The notes beneath the pieces were generated by a model. The model was not told the DNA's origin. It made no database searches and saw only the letters and a list, made by a program, of their open reading frames with translations. A stretch of DNA of 64,000 bases from Amoebophrya sp. A120 (lineage: Eukaryota; Protista; Dinoflagellata). The DNA lies in the NCBI GenBank assembly GCA_905178155.1, contig CAJINV010000002.1, forward strand, positions 5,265,709 to 5,329,708. The letters are read 5' to 3'. This document shows positions 47,613 to 59,047 of this stretch, piece by piece; the stretch's first letter is position 1, and each line of letters begins with the position of its first letter. Both the position numbers and the translations under genes were made by a program.

Positions 47613-50600
47613 ATGTGCTTCCGAACAAAAGCAAAACACTATTTCGACAAGGTCTTTGTGGCCCTGCACACTGACCGCACGGCGATTGATCCGAGCTCCA
47701 ATCAAACCGGGTTGTCGAAGCTCGACCTGAATCAGCTCCCCATCTTTGCTACGCATTGCAAACGTGTCGCACTACTACGTAGAAATTCCATTCCAAAGGA
47801 GCTACTCAAAAGAAAAGGTGGAATCTGTAAAAATGCTCACTCCACTTCCACACCGACAGCAGGCAAGAAGGTAGATTTGTCATGTTGTACTGCATTTTAT
47901 ACTTCTATGTTTATCTACGAGCAGTGCGATATAATTGCTTTTGCACGGGATATATGCGCAGCTTCAGAAATTTGCGCAAGTAGGCCGGTTATCAAATGTA
48001 AAAGTGTCTGGGTTTGGAAGAATGCAACTTCTCATGCTGCATTTGGATTCCAAAAAGATCTGTATTGCATGAGTACCAAAGGATATGTAATTTTTGCTAC
48101 GCGGAGAGGGCATTTGTCATGCGGAATAGGCATCAAGTTCAAGAAGCTCACAAAAAATCTGTGATGCTAGGGCATGCATCACAGACATCAGGGCTCATGC
48201 AAACCGTGCATGACAAGTGTCAGAATCTTCCAGACCCAGACACTTTTACACTTGATATCGGTTGAAGGACTTTCTTTTCGCTGAATTCGGCGATTTGCTG
48301 AACGTCTTCAAGTATCCACTGCAGAAGTTTCGCACTTGTACTGATCTCGGTCGTGCATGACAGATCTATTGCCTATTAAAGGGAATCCGCATTGGAAATT
48401 GCATTCGATTTGTTGGAAAAAATAAAAATTTCTATTGCAAATCGTACGTAGTGCGATACTTTTGCAATGCATATCGAGCATTTGGAGCAAAAGCTAGGCG
48501 ACGCCTCGGAGCTGGAGTATCAGTTGAAACTGGAGCAAGAGGTGGAGATCCTCAAGTCCGCCGATATGAAGAAAAAGCGGCAGCTAGAACTGGAGAAAAA
48601 GAAGGAATTCGAAGAGAACGGGGGGAAGTCGGTGCAGGAAGTACTGGAGAATATGCATTGCAAAAGTATTGTACTAGTATAAATTGCATATCAAATTTTC
48701 CCAAGAACAAAAATGCAGTTTGTCATGCTATTTCAGGTAGAAAGTTGGATTCGTCGTGCATATCTGCAATTTATTAGTACGAATGCGATACTTTTGCACA
48801 GGAAAGAGAACCGGGTATTGCAATTGCTACCGGGAAAAGTGCCCGTAGCGGCGTTTGGGAAATTTCTGTTGGAAGATCGACCCGCGGAATTCGGTGGCAA
48901 GTTCAGCGAAGATCAGTGCAAACAGGTATGATAGATTTATCAGACGACGCGGCTTTATTTACTTTTCCTAGGGGAAGACAAAGAGAAAGACGTTGTCGTT
49001 GAAATGGTGCTGGTGGAAAATACTCCTAAAAAAAAGGTCGACAGAAAGTATAAATATTATGAGCAATTTTTCTAAGAAATTTTACGAAAAGATAAACGCA
49101 CAACAGATCCTGGCCATCCTCGACCCGGAAAAGAAAGGCTACCTGACTTCGAGCACCTTCACGAAGTTGCACGATTTCCACTTGGTGCTGTTTCTGGATC
49201 AGCTGCAGCTGTTGAGACCTACGCCTTGCAAAAGTCGTGTCGACGTAGCTCGTAGTACCATTAGCTCTGTGCTGTTTCTAAGTTCGGAAAATGGAGGACG
49301 CGTGAAGGGTATAGCACGGGTCCTTGGATCAAGAATTGCCACGACGCGAAATTTTGGCATTTGGTCTCAAGAACATGATGCCAGGGTTGATTCTTATTGG
49401 ATAACGATAAACACAGGGGTTGACCACCAGAATGTCAATGTTGTCATGCTACTACCACGATGAAAATGAAAATAAAACGCGACCGCACTTTTGCGCGTGA
49501 TACCAAAATTTCTGAAGCAAAAATACGAATCCTGCGCAGCAGCCTTCAACGTCATCGCCAAGGAGCAAGAGGAAATCAGCAGGGCAGACTTTGTTGGGAG
49601 ATTCGGCACGATTTTCAACTGCCCCGACGCAACGGCGGATATCAAATGGAAAAAAACTGCAATGCGATGTAGTGTGTTTGTGCAGAACATAAATTTTGAT
49701 GACCACAAGGAGCTCAATTAAACATCAGAGACGCCTTCTGGCAAGAGTAAATTAACGAGTCTGGTGTCTCGGCCTGCTCGTGAGCTTAGTGCCAAACGGT
49801 AGGTGAAGATGTACTCCTGATAATCGTAGTCGCAACGTTACTAGTGATGTAAGTATTATGGAGACGCTTGTATGGCCAGTCAGGCTATACAAATCTTCGC
49901 ACTACAACTCGGACTTTTTGGTATGCAGTCAGAAAACGTGTTGTTTCAGTTTTTCTCCCCTACATCGGAGCTGCCGAATTTGTTGTTTACGTTGCTAGAC
50001 TGGAGCGGAATCGACGTATTTTGAATCCTTATGGGTTTTGAAAGATAAAGATCTGCATCTGCATGTGAAATCTTCTACTGCTTGTTCGTTCCTACGCAAT
50101 ATGTTTCCTTGTCATGCTGTTTTCACTGTCGGTTCTTGGCTTCTCCTTCCGCCCCGTGTTGTCGCGATCGGTGGACTTGGATCAGCAGCAATTATAGTGT
50201 AAAATGAAACGCGATCTTCCACACCAGGTCGTTACCGAGGCGGATTTCATCGTGCTGGAGCACATGAACCTTTCCCAAGTGAAGTTGATGGTATCCGACG
50301 TGAAGGTCAGTGACCAGCTGGAAGTACTGAGGCAGGATCTCCAGCGCGCCACCGGGCTCGAGCAGGACGCAAAAGATTGGTCGCTGTTTTGGGATATGCA
50401 CAGGACAACAGACCTGATGCTGCGGACAGGCGGTCCTCCGGAACTAAAAAGAATGCAGGGATAAGGATATCTATGGAAGATCTGATGTCATGTTCATGTA
50501 TAGTTCGTAGCCAAGCCGCCATTTGGTAATGGCTTCAGGGCACGAACGAAAGACAAAGTTCTTGACAAACTGCGCCACTTTTGCATCGCTGCAAGCATGT

Positions 50601-50720
50601 ACGTTTATGCTTTTCCGGGAACCGCCTGAGACAATCGTCGCATTGTATGTTTTTCGATCCATGTCTCACCGAATTGTAGAAGAGGCTGGGAATTTGCGCG
50701 AGGAGCAGGCGGGGATGTAG
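47613..50720 (+). CDS. Multi-exon EF-hand-like protein; at least 5 introners plus GT-AG introns
   Basis: Frame continuous 47613-48925 after element removal; EF-hand-like ILAILDPEKKGYLTSSTF and AFNVIAKEQEEISRADF; start and 3' exons approximate. Confidence 0.6.
47750..47952. mobile_element. Degenerate introner family D
   Basis: TACGCATTGCAAA / TTTGCACGGGATA; DR TTTGC/TATGC. Confidence 0.75.
47990..48257. mobile_element. Introner family A
   Basis: TIRs; DR CCGGT/TCGGT; 273-nt in-frame removal. Confidence 0.92.
48313..48473. mobile_element. Introner family D
   Basis: TATCCACTGCAGAAG / CTTTTGCAATGCATA; DR TCAAG/TCGAG; frame restored. Confidence 0.85.
48652..48805. mobile_element. Introner family D
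   Basis: TIRs; perfect DR GAGAA; 159-nt in-frame removal; similar to 61171. Confidence 0.9.
49220..49499. mobile_element. Degenerate introner (D-like)
   Basis: TACGCCTTGCAAAAGT / ACTTTTGCGCGTG; DR AGACC/ATACC; 285-nt in-frame removal. Confidence 0.65.
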
Positions 50721-51437
50721 CAGCGCGGAGTAAGAACTGGTCGCGCACTTCTGTTTCATCAGTCCGCGTCGCGCGGCTGCTGGAGGTTTCTTGTGAGCAG
50801 CGCGGATCTCAGCGTGTGGTTTTTGTCCACGGAACATAAACATTTAAACTTCATCCGAAAGTGAAAAGGAATACATCATTGTGTTTTTTGTTTATATAGC
50901 AGCTGGACGATATAGTTTTGGTGTTGACTTTGAATCGATCTTTAGCAAAGATAGTCACTCTTCCTCAAGAACCGAAAGCGAAACCATTGAAGAGAGCTCT
51001 ACAACTTGCAGAAATAGAACAAGTAAGTCTACAATTTGACGAATTTCAGCAGCGATTGATCAAGCACAGAAGCAAAGAAGTATGTCGACCGCAGACGTGG
51101 AGGTGGGGTGCATGATAGCTTTACCGTTGATCGAACGGGAAGCAAAGGGAATGCTTCTCCCCCACTTGTTCGAAAAGAAAATCACACAAAACGTCTCACA
51201 AGAGCGCGCGCGCGATAGATGAAAGAAATTTGAATGAAATGCTAAGCGCTCCTGCCACCATATATAATTGTCGTTTGCTGCAACATCTCGTTACGTTGTT
51301 TTCTTGGATCTTTCCAGAACAGCATAGCGATAGTAGATTGATCTTCGTCAGTGCACTTCGTATTCGCATGATGTTGTAGTGGTGGTTGTTGTCGTGTTAG
51401 TGCTACAATTCAAAGCCACTAGAGCTTACAAGAACCA

Positions 51438-52232
51438 TCCGCCCCTCTCTTGCCCCGTCGTATTGGCACGTCACGCATCGTTCTAGACCGGCGGACAACC
51501 AAATCCTGCTCTGTTTTCCTCGTGGTCGTAGTCGTGCTGTATTAATCGTGTTTTCCTTCTCGTGCGACGTCGTGTAAATACGTATACTTGAACAAGGATC
51601 AGGACGATGTAGTTTCGTCCCGTCATTTAAGATGTTTCACCTGGTCGTGCCGATGGCTCGTGCTACTTGAGTACCTACGATCTGCCCTACAAGAATAGCG
51701 GACAAAGAGAAAGAGTAAATTCTATTTGCTGTTCGCCGATAGAAACATTGCTTGCGTTATTTGCTCCGTAACTTGGTGTTGGGGTCCCTTACCACATCTT
51801 TTCATTTTCGACGAACCAATACTACAGCACAGTTCCTGAGGACCTTCTTGCCTAAGTGCACGACCAGCACCACCACGAAAGAATCACCTTGAGTCGAAGA
51901 CATAAATCGTGTCTTTTCCAAAGCAGCGGGAGACAGCGTTAAATTTTTTTTGCGTTGCTTCGCTACCTTAAGATATCTGATCAAAGTGCTAGGCTCCTGT
52001 GTGTTGCCTTCACTCACCGTCATTTGTCATCGTTCGATTAAGAAAGCAAGTGCAAACAATTACCAACATGCCGCGGAAGTCGAACAAGCTCGCGACTATC
52101 GCCGCCGCCGTCCTGGTGGACGGTTCGGGGGGGGGGGCGCTCGTCTCCGGGGCGAAGAACAAGAAAAGCGCCTCCACAACGCACCTGTGGGTTGGACGGG
52201 AAGACGTGGAGAGCAATCTGATGCAGGTTGAT
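51438..52232 (+). repeat. Segmental duplication copy 1 (upstream region plus leader of the secreted-protein gene); copy 2 at about 53686-54552
   Basis: Long high-identity match visible by eye, ending at the ESNLMQVDA codons. Confidence 0.85.
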
Positions 52233-52604
52233 GCGCATGCTTCGAGACGTGGGAAAGCGACCAAGCGGGGGCCGTACCCGAACGCAGAAGAGGAAAAACA
52301 GTATTATGACGATATTAAGACATATACGTACAAGACAGGCGATCTGAGCGCGTGTCCGAAGGATTTTTGTCTCGGCTGCACGGGTAATGATCGCGTGCCC
52401 CAGACCATTGATTGCACCCCTGTCTGCCAGTATGTGCAACACCATACAAGGGACGACCCGGAAGATTCACGGATCTGGTACAAGTGCGCACCTCGTAATC
52501 ATGCGTCTCCTGCTCCTCCTCGTCCTGACAAAATTGTACGCATGGACGATAATGAAGATGCCCCCTTGTACCAAAAAATATTTCATTCCTTGGGGATGCG
52601 CTAG
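52068..52604 (+). CDS. Secreted-type Cys-rich precursor, paralog 1
   Basis: MPRKSNKLATIAAAVLVDG..GALVSGAKNK..THLWVGREDVESNLMQVDA leader followed by a unique Cys-rich region; intronless. Confidence 0.8.
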   Translation: MPRKSNKLATIAAAVLVDGSGGGALVSGAKNKKSASTTHLWVGREDVESNLMQVDAHASRRGKATKRGPYPNAEEEKQYYDDIKTYTYKTGDLSACPKDFCLGCTGNDRVPQTIDCTPVCQYVQHHTRDDPEDSRIWYKCAPRNHASPAPPRPDKIVRMDDNEDAPLYQKIFHSLGMR

Positions 52605-53200
52605 AGCTTGAGGAAGATGAGAGACGCTTGTAGTCGTGTCCGCAAACAATTTTCCACCGTGTGATGATTTCTGAGAAGGGGAAATTCTGTGAACAAAGCT
52701 CTAAAACACGCCCGCGATACGTAAGAAAATGGATGCAGCTTTTATCTTCTCGATTTGGCAGTTTTACGTATATATTACTTTTTCCGCTTACACCAGAGAC
52801 AACTAGAACAAAGGCCCAGCTCCACCCTCTCCCTTAACCTCATATCGAGCACATTTATACGTATGAATGCGCACTACCACGACCGCCACGCTGTCATTAT
52901 ATATTTTACATCGCATAATTCCAATTCAAATTCATCGCCATCATTCCGCACACTGAAACTCGTACTGTAGTGTATGTATCAATCTATGTTGTAAACCTGC
53001 CCGCATCGTTGTCGCTCTTCTTCTTCGTTCTTGTTCAACCAACTCCCAGCAAGTTTTATGATTTCCACCGTCCATTCCAATGTTTTACAATTTGAACAAT
53101 TTTATATCCCCAGTTGTTTGGATGTACGTCATGCCGCCAGCACAACTCCTTCTCCTATGTTTATGTTTTTCTTTTAGACCCTTCAGCATCGGCAGCACTT

Positions 53201-53630
53201 TTCGTTTTCTTTGTTCTGAGGGAAGAACGTTTCTTGTTTAGTATTGTGTGCGTGTGTTTCTGTTTGATGTTATCCCCATCAGACTAGCAAGCGCGGCCTC
53301 AATACCCCAACCCCAAGTTGCTCCAAGTCCTCCATGAAAACCCAAACGCATAATCGTTATCATATATAAAAATACACACAAAAACGCAAAAAAATTACAT
53401 ATAGAAAAACACAAAAAAATTGCCTCCTACCCATACCCGCAGTGCCGTAACCCTTTGACATCAAAATAAATCAAAAAGTGCAAAAACCAAAAAAAAAAAA
53501 AACTAAAAAGCGGTAGCTTAGCTACGAAAAACAACTCAAAAGACCAAATCCGCTGACGCGAATGAGCCAGCTGGACGGCGCGGAGAATCTTCTTCAGTGG
53601 CTGGAAGGAGCAATCCGAGTTCCGTGTTGT
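53201..53630. repeat. Non-coding A-rich repeat copy 1 (copy 2 at 57623-58108)
   Basis: About 430-bp near-identical block with a poly-A tract and GTAGCT-T-AGCTAC palindrome. Confidence 0.85.
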
Positions 53631-54379
53631 TCTTGTTGAAAGCCCCTAGTGCTTACCAGAACTACTCCGACCAAGTGGCGCAATCGTCCGCCCCTCTCTT
53701 GCCCCGTCTTATTGGCACGTCACGCATCGTTCTAGACCGGCGCACATTCATCTTTACTAGGCAACATGATGTTGGTCGTGTAGAAGCCGAGTCCTCGTCG
53801 TGCTCATGCTCTGTTTCCCTCGTCCTCGTAGTCGTGCTCTATTCGTGTTTTCATTCTCGTACGACGTCGTGTAAATACGTAGACTTGAACAAGGATCAGG
53901 ATGTAGTCTCGTCCCGCCATTCAAGATGTTTCACATGGTCGTGCCGATGGCTCGTGCTACGTACGATCTGCCCTACAAGAATAGCGGACAAAAAAGAATA
54001 GAAGGAAGTAGCATACAACGTACTAAAGTCTATTTACCGTTCGCCGATAGAAACATTGCTTTGGTTATTTGCTTCGTAACTTGGTTTTGGGTTCCTGGCT
54101 TACATCTTTTCATTTTCGACGAACCAACACAGCACAGTTCCTGAGGACCTTCTTGCCTAAGTGCACGACCAGCACCACGAAAGAGTCATCATCTTGAGTC
54201 GAAGAAATAATTCTTGTCTCTTCCGAACCCGAAGCAGCAGAAGACAGCGTTAAATTTTTTTTGCTTTGCGTTTGCTTCGCTACTCTAAGATCAAAGTGCT
54301 AGGCTGTGTGTTGTGTTGCCTTCACTCACCGTCATTTGTCATCGTTCGATTAAGAAAGCAAGTGCAAACAAATACCAAC

Positions 54380-54851
54380 ATGCCGCGGAAGTCGAACAAG
54401 CTCGCGACTATCGCCACCGCCGCCGCCGTCCTGGTGGACAGTTCGGGTAGAGGGGTGTTCGTCTCCGGGGCGAAGAACAAGAACGGCGGTCCCACGACGC
54501 ACATCTGGGTTGGACGGGAAGATGTTGGGAGCAATTTGATGCAGGTGGACGCGTCGAACCGCAACCGTCGGAAATCGACTTCATTCGTCCCGCCGCTGAA
54601 ATGGTGTAAAAAAAGTGTTCGATCCTACGCAATCGGGCAGTGCAAGTGTCGTCTCGTATCCTTGCGGCCTCGACGACGGTCTCCACTACCCTGAAAATGG
54701 CCACACAGCCTGTTTAGTGGACAAAAACGGTAAAGGAGTCTGTGGAGACTGCCATGGCAAGCAAAGTGATCCCTGCGGCGAAGTTCACTGCGGCACTTGC
54801 ACCAGGGATTGTGCGGGCGCTGTCGTCCAAACTGTAAAATGTGTTAAATAA
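54380..54851 (+). pseudogene. Secreted-type Cys-rich precursor, paralog 2 (+1 frameshift in an A7 run)
   Basis: Same leader; Cys-rich C-terminus (ORF 54615..54851) is in frame if A7 at 54608-54614 is A6. Confidence 0.7.
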
Positions 54852-56380
54852 ATGGATTGAGACAGTAGAACTAGGAATCGCCCGTGGCCGTGGTCAAGTG
54901 GGGCGACAAGGGTTCTTTTTCTTGAGCAGTGCCCGTGCTGTCGTTACGTCGAGGTTAGTCCTCATCTTGTGTTGTTTTGAACGCTAGCAATCCAGATTTT
55001 GATACTTGCAAATACTTACTTTCTTAGTACTACCCTCGCCTCGTGTGAGTGGACGCCAGAGAACTCGTCGCAACCGATTTTGATGTAGGGAAGATTGCAC
55101 CTTTTAATCTAACTACTAAAAAATCCTTTTCATCGTTTCCATCTCCATTTCAATTCTCCGACTAGCACAAAAAACGCTCGTGTACCTTCATCTTCAACTG
55201 ACGCTCGTGTACCTTCATCTTTATGATCCCTCAGGCTAAGAGTACGAATACGATTATTGCCAAAAACAAGTTTTCGATTTCCCAGGAAATATTTTTACAT
55301 AGCAGGAATTTCTTGAGTGGATTCGCAAAGCCAATAGCAACGCCAATGCGTTTTCTTTTGCGCTCCAATATTTTGCCCCATGCATACTTAGATACCCAGC
55401 ATTTACATTTTCTTCTTTTGAACCCTCAAGCCCTATTAATAATCCCCTTGTGCCCATACTTCCATTCAACCTATCGTCTCCCCCTGTAGTCACGGCATGT
55501 TGCAGCTCCTCCTGTAGTCACGTCATTTGAGGGGCAGTCGCACACGTAGTCCGTCAAAAAAGAAGCGCTGAACCAATAGCCAAATCGAAAATTTCTACGT
55601 AAGTGGCACCGGCACGAATGGAGCGTTGTTCTTTCAAAAAGATAGTCAGCTGACGACGAGGGTCCGGACGGCTTAACGGCGCGCAGGTCGCGGGGTTCGA
55701 GGCGGGGAGTCTCTTGTGGAAGGAGAGATTTACTTCGTGTTCTTGTTGAAGTCGGCCTCGGCTCTTGTACGACGAACCCGGTGTAAGTTCTACCCGAGTA
55801 CAGTGCTTCTACTTCGCTTTCATCTCGATCTCCCTCGTCGTGGTCCTGATGCATTACTCATCGTTCTTTTGCGCCATCAATTTGCCGTGTAGCGTAATAA
55901 GTCTGTTTTCCCGACATTGAACAATGGTTCAGACTTTATTTTATTATTTTTGTAGTTCTTCTCGTACGTGTAAGTGGAAATAATTACGTTCTTTGCCGAG
56001 GAATAACAATAAGGACCAAAAGCATTTTCGTCCTCGTACTCGTAGTTGTGCTCTTGTAGTGCCTGTTTTTCTCGTCCTCAATGCTCTGTTTTCCTCGTCC
56101 TCGTAGTCGTGCGCTATTCGTGCTGAAATGCATCTTCTAAGTTGAAGAGACTTGATCTTGTTTCTTCTGAAAGAAGACGAGACAGTGACAGAGCATAACT
56201 CTTGCTCCTTTGCTAAAGTAAACTTCTAAGGTTAACATACAGTATTTAGTCAGCGCAGTTGTCCAAGTTTTTCAGGCTACCCAACACTAACTAGCACTAG
56301 TGTACTAGTACTCTTCAACGAATAAATTATCGCTCGACGAAGAGGTAAAATATTAAAACTGCCAAACTAAAAGCACAAAA

Positions 56381-57127
56381 ATGCCGCGGAAATCGTTGAA
56401 CAAGCTCGCCACTATCGCCACCGCCGCCGCCTTCCTCACGGACGGTCCGGCGGTGGGGGGGGCGCTTGTCTCCGGGGCGAAGAACAAGAACGCCGCCACC
56501 AAGACGCACCTTTGGGCTGGACGGGAAGACGTGGAGAGCAACTTGATGCAGGTGGACGCGTCGAAGAACTCGAACCGTGGGAAATCTTCGAAAGGGCGGA
56601 CTACCCAGGACACATGTGAGCTTGAGCTTGACGCCCTACGAGACTCCCATCTAAGCACCGTATGTGAAGATGAGAGCTTGAGCTTGGTGGATCTGCTTGT
56701 GACATTGCCAGAAGGGGGCAGATGGAAACCGTGCGTGGACGATTCGGGGAAGAGTGGGCCTAATCCTTACCCGGATTTTCAAGACGGCAGCAAACGCAGG
56801 TGTCCGCTCGGGGTTGAGGTGCAGTGCGTCAGTGGGAAAAAGCAGGGGAAACCTGTACAACTCTGCGAGGGATGCGGGAATGGTTATTGGGACGGCTGCG
56901 GCGACGGTTGCCACAGGGAGGAACACGTCAAGTTGGTCGAGGGGCATGAAATTAAAAACGTATGCGTTTCCGGGTCTGCTGGCGCTGCGTGGGACGGGGG
57001 GGTTTGTGGAGAAGGATACAAACGGGACCACCCCATTTACAATTTCCGCACCCGAAGATGCGAAGATGCGGGACAGCCCCATCGACAATTTCCAAAACCG
57101 TCGTGGCAGTCGTGGGGGTTGCGTTGA
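56381..57127 (+). CDS. Secreted-type Cys-rich precursor, paralog 3
   Basis: Same leader; distinct and longer Cys/Gly-rich C-terminus; intronless 248-aa ORF. Confidence 0.85.
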   Translation: MPRKSLNKLATIATAAAFLTDGPAVGGALVSGAKNKNAATKTHLWAGREDVESNLMQVDASKNSNRGKSSKGRTTQDTCELELDALRDSHLSTVCEDESLSLVDLLVTLPEGGRWKPCVDDSGKSGPNPYPDFQDGSKRRCPLGVEVQCVSGKKQGKPVQLCEGCGNGYWDGCGDGCHREEHVKLVEGHEIKNVCVSGSAGAAWDGGVCGEGYKRDHPIYNFRTRRCEDAGQPHRQFPKPSWQSWGLR

Positions 57128-57622
57128 GAAGGGGAAAGGGAGATGGTGCGAACTAGAGGAGAAAAGGAAGAAGAAATACCAGACACCAAGTTCGTCCTCG
57201 TATTCGAACAAGAACTACCTGATACGTCTCTATGTTGTTGATTACGTACAAGTATATTACCTTTGTAAGCCTCCTCAATTTGTGACAACTCAGCCAGTTG
57301 TATGGTTTTCTTTGCAGATACTTGCCAGAAAAAAATTCATAACGACAGCAGCACTTTAATACACGAGCGGTACTTGTTGACCTTGACGCTGACGTAACTT
57401 TTGCAGGAGATGAGGGGGAATAGGAATAGTGGGACTGCTGTCGCACGTTGCTTAAGGTTAAGATCGCAGCAGAATATTTTTTTTGTTCATAAGTACTTGT
57501 TTGATTTTCGATCCTTTTTGTCTCCGTATCCGTTTCGTCTTGTCCGTAAGTGCTCTTTGTTTATCTCATTAATACATTACGAGGAATCCATGTATACATT
57601 TTTTTCGCTTCAGTTTCTAGTT

Positions 57623-58108
57623 CTCGTTTTCTTTGTTCTGAGGGAAGAACGTTTCTTGTTTAGTATTGTGTGCTTGTGTAGTTTCTGTTTGATGTTATCC
57701 CCATCAGACTAACAAGCGCGGCCTCGATACCCCAACCCCAAGTTTCTCCAAGTCCTCCATGCAAACCCAAACGCATAATCATTATCATATATAAAAACAC
57801 ACACAAAAACACAAAAAAATTACATATAGAAAAACACAAAAAAATTACATATAGAAAAACACAAAAAAATTACATGTAGAAAAACACAAAAAAATTGCAT
57901 TGCCTCCTACCCATACCCGCAGTGCCGTAATCCTTTGACATCAAAATATATCAAATAGTGCAAAAACAAAAAAAAAAACTAAAAAGCGGTAGCTTAGCTA
58001 CGAAAAACAACTCAAAAGACTAAATCCGCTGACGCGAATGAGCCAGCCGGACGGCGCGGAGAATCTTCTTCAGTGACGGGAAGGAGCAATCCGCGTTCCG
58101 TGTTCTTG
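57623..58108. repeat. Non-coding A-rich repeat copy 2 with internal 25-bp tandem expansion (57808-57897)
   Basis: TTACATATAGAAAAACACAAAAAAA three times here versus once in copy 1. Confidence 0.85.
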
Positions 58109-59047
58109 TCGAGGGCCGCTTTCCGCTAGCTCCAAGTTTTTTTTTACGTCATATTCGTATCCGTTAGCAAGACGAAGATGAAGGAGATCCGTGCTTCCCT
58201 CGAACAACACATCAAATCATCGTGATGATCATGACGGTGTTGGTCGCAGTTTTCATGTTAGAATACTTGACTGCCTGCGGCTCAGCTTGACCCTAATACA
58301 AGTCGATCGAGAAAACTAGAAACGCAAAACCGTCCGTCATCCCATGGAATGAGTCGGCGGTTGTTTCTTTCTATAAAGTAGATCACAAAAAAAAAGCGCC
58401 AATTTATTATTTTCCGTCGTCTTGAAAAAAATGCTCCGAAGAGCGTGGTTCGTTACTCCTAGTTCTTCCAATCGACTCAAGATATTATAAAAATTTCACT
58501 TCGATTGAAGCACGATGGCTTTCATGTTGCCTCTGTCTGATGATAAACATGTCGTGTTATTTTAAGAATCGCCATACCGTGGTAGAGTTCGAAAGAAAAA
58601 GAATTGGAAGGAGATCACGATTTTTCCGCCCAGATCGTGGTTGCAGCAGACGAGAAACGGCATTTTTATCAAATTGGATGGACATGGACGATAGCGATAA
58701 GTACTCAGAAGTTTGCAACTTCGAAATTTGAAATTTGGACTCAACTGGTTAACACGGCTCCTGCACAGCGAACGCCTTAGCGACATATTGTTATTGAATG
58801 ATTCTTCACCTACATCAATTTGAATTTCAAGCTCCAACAAGTTCAAGTTTCAGTTTCACTCTTCATGTTAGGGACAACTACGTACCCAGTTGAATAATCA
58901 ATGTCCGATCGGCGCATGATGTGCAAGCCAAAGCGACAGAGCAGTTCTTAATTGAAGGAAGTAGTGTTGTTGTTTTATTGTAAAGTTTCCCCAGCCAACA
59001 TGAACATTCCCATTCCTCTGACGACTCCTACTTTGACGACGAGCATC

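Noticed and set aside
38599-49499. Repeat-spacer alternation resembling a CRISPR or integron array
   Set aside because: The repeats are inverted pairs bounding 150-400 bp elements and the spacers are in-frame exons; no cas or integrase gene; eukaryotic context
53260-53310. Helitron-like CTAG end in the duplicated non-coding block
   Set aside because: No convincing subterminal hairpin, and CTAG is not conserved in copy 2
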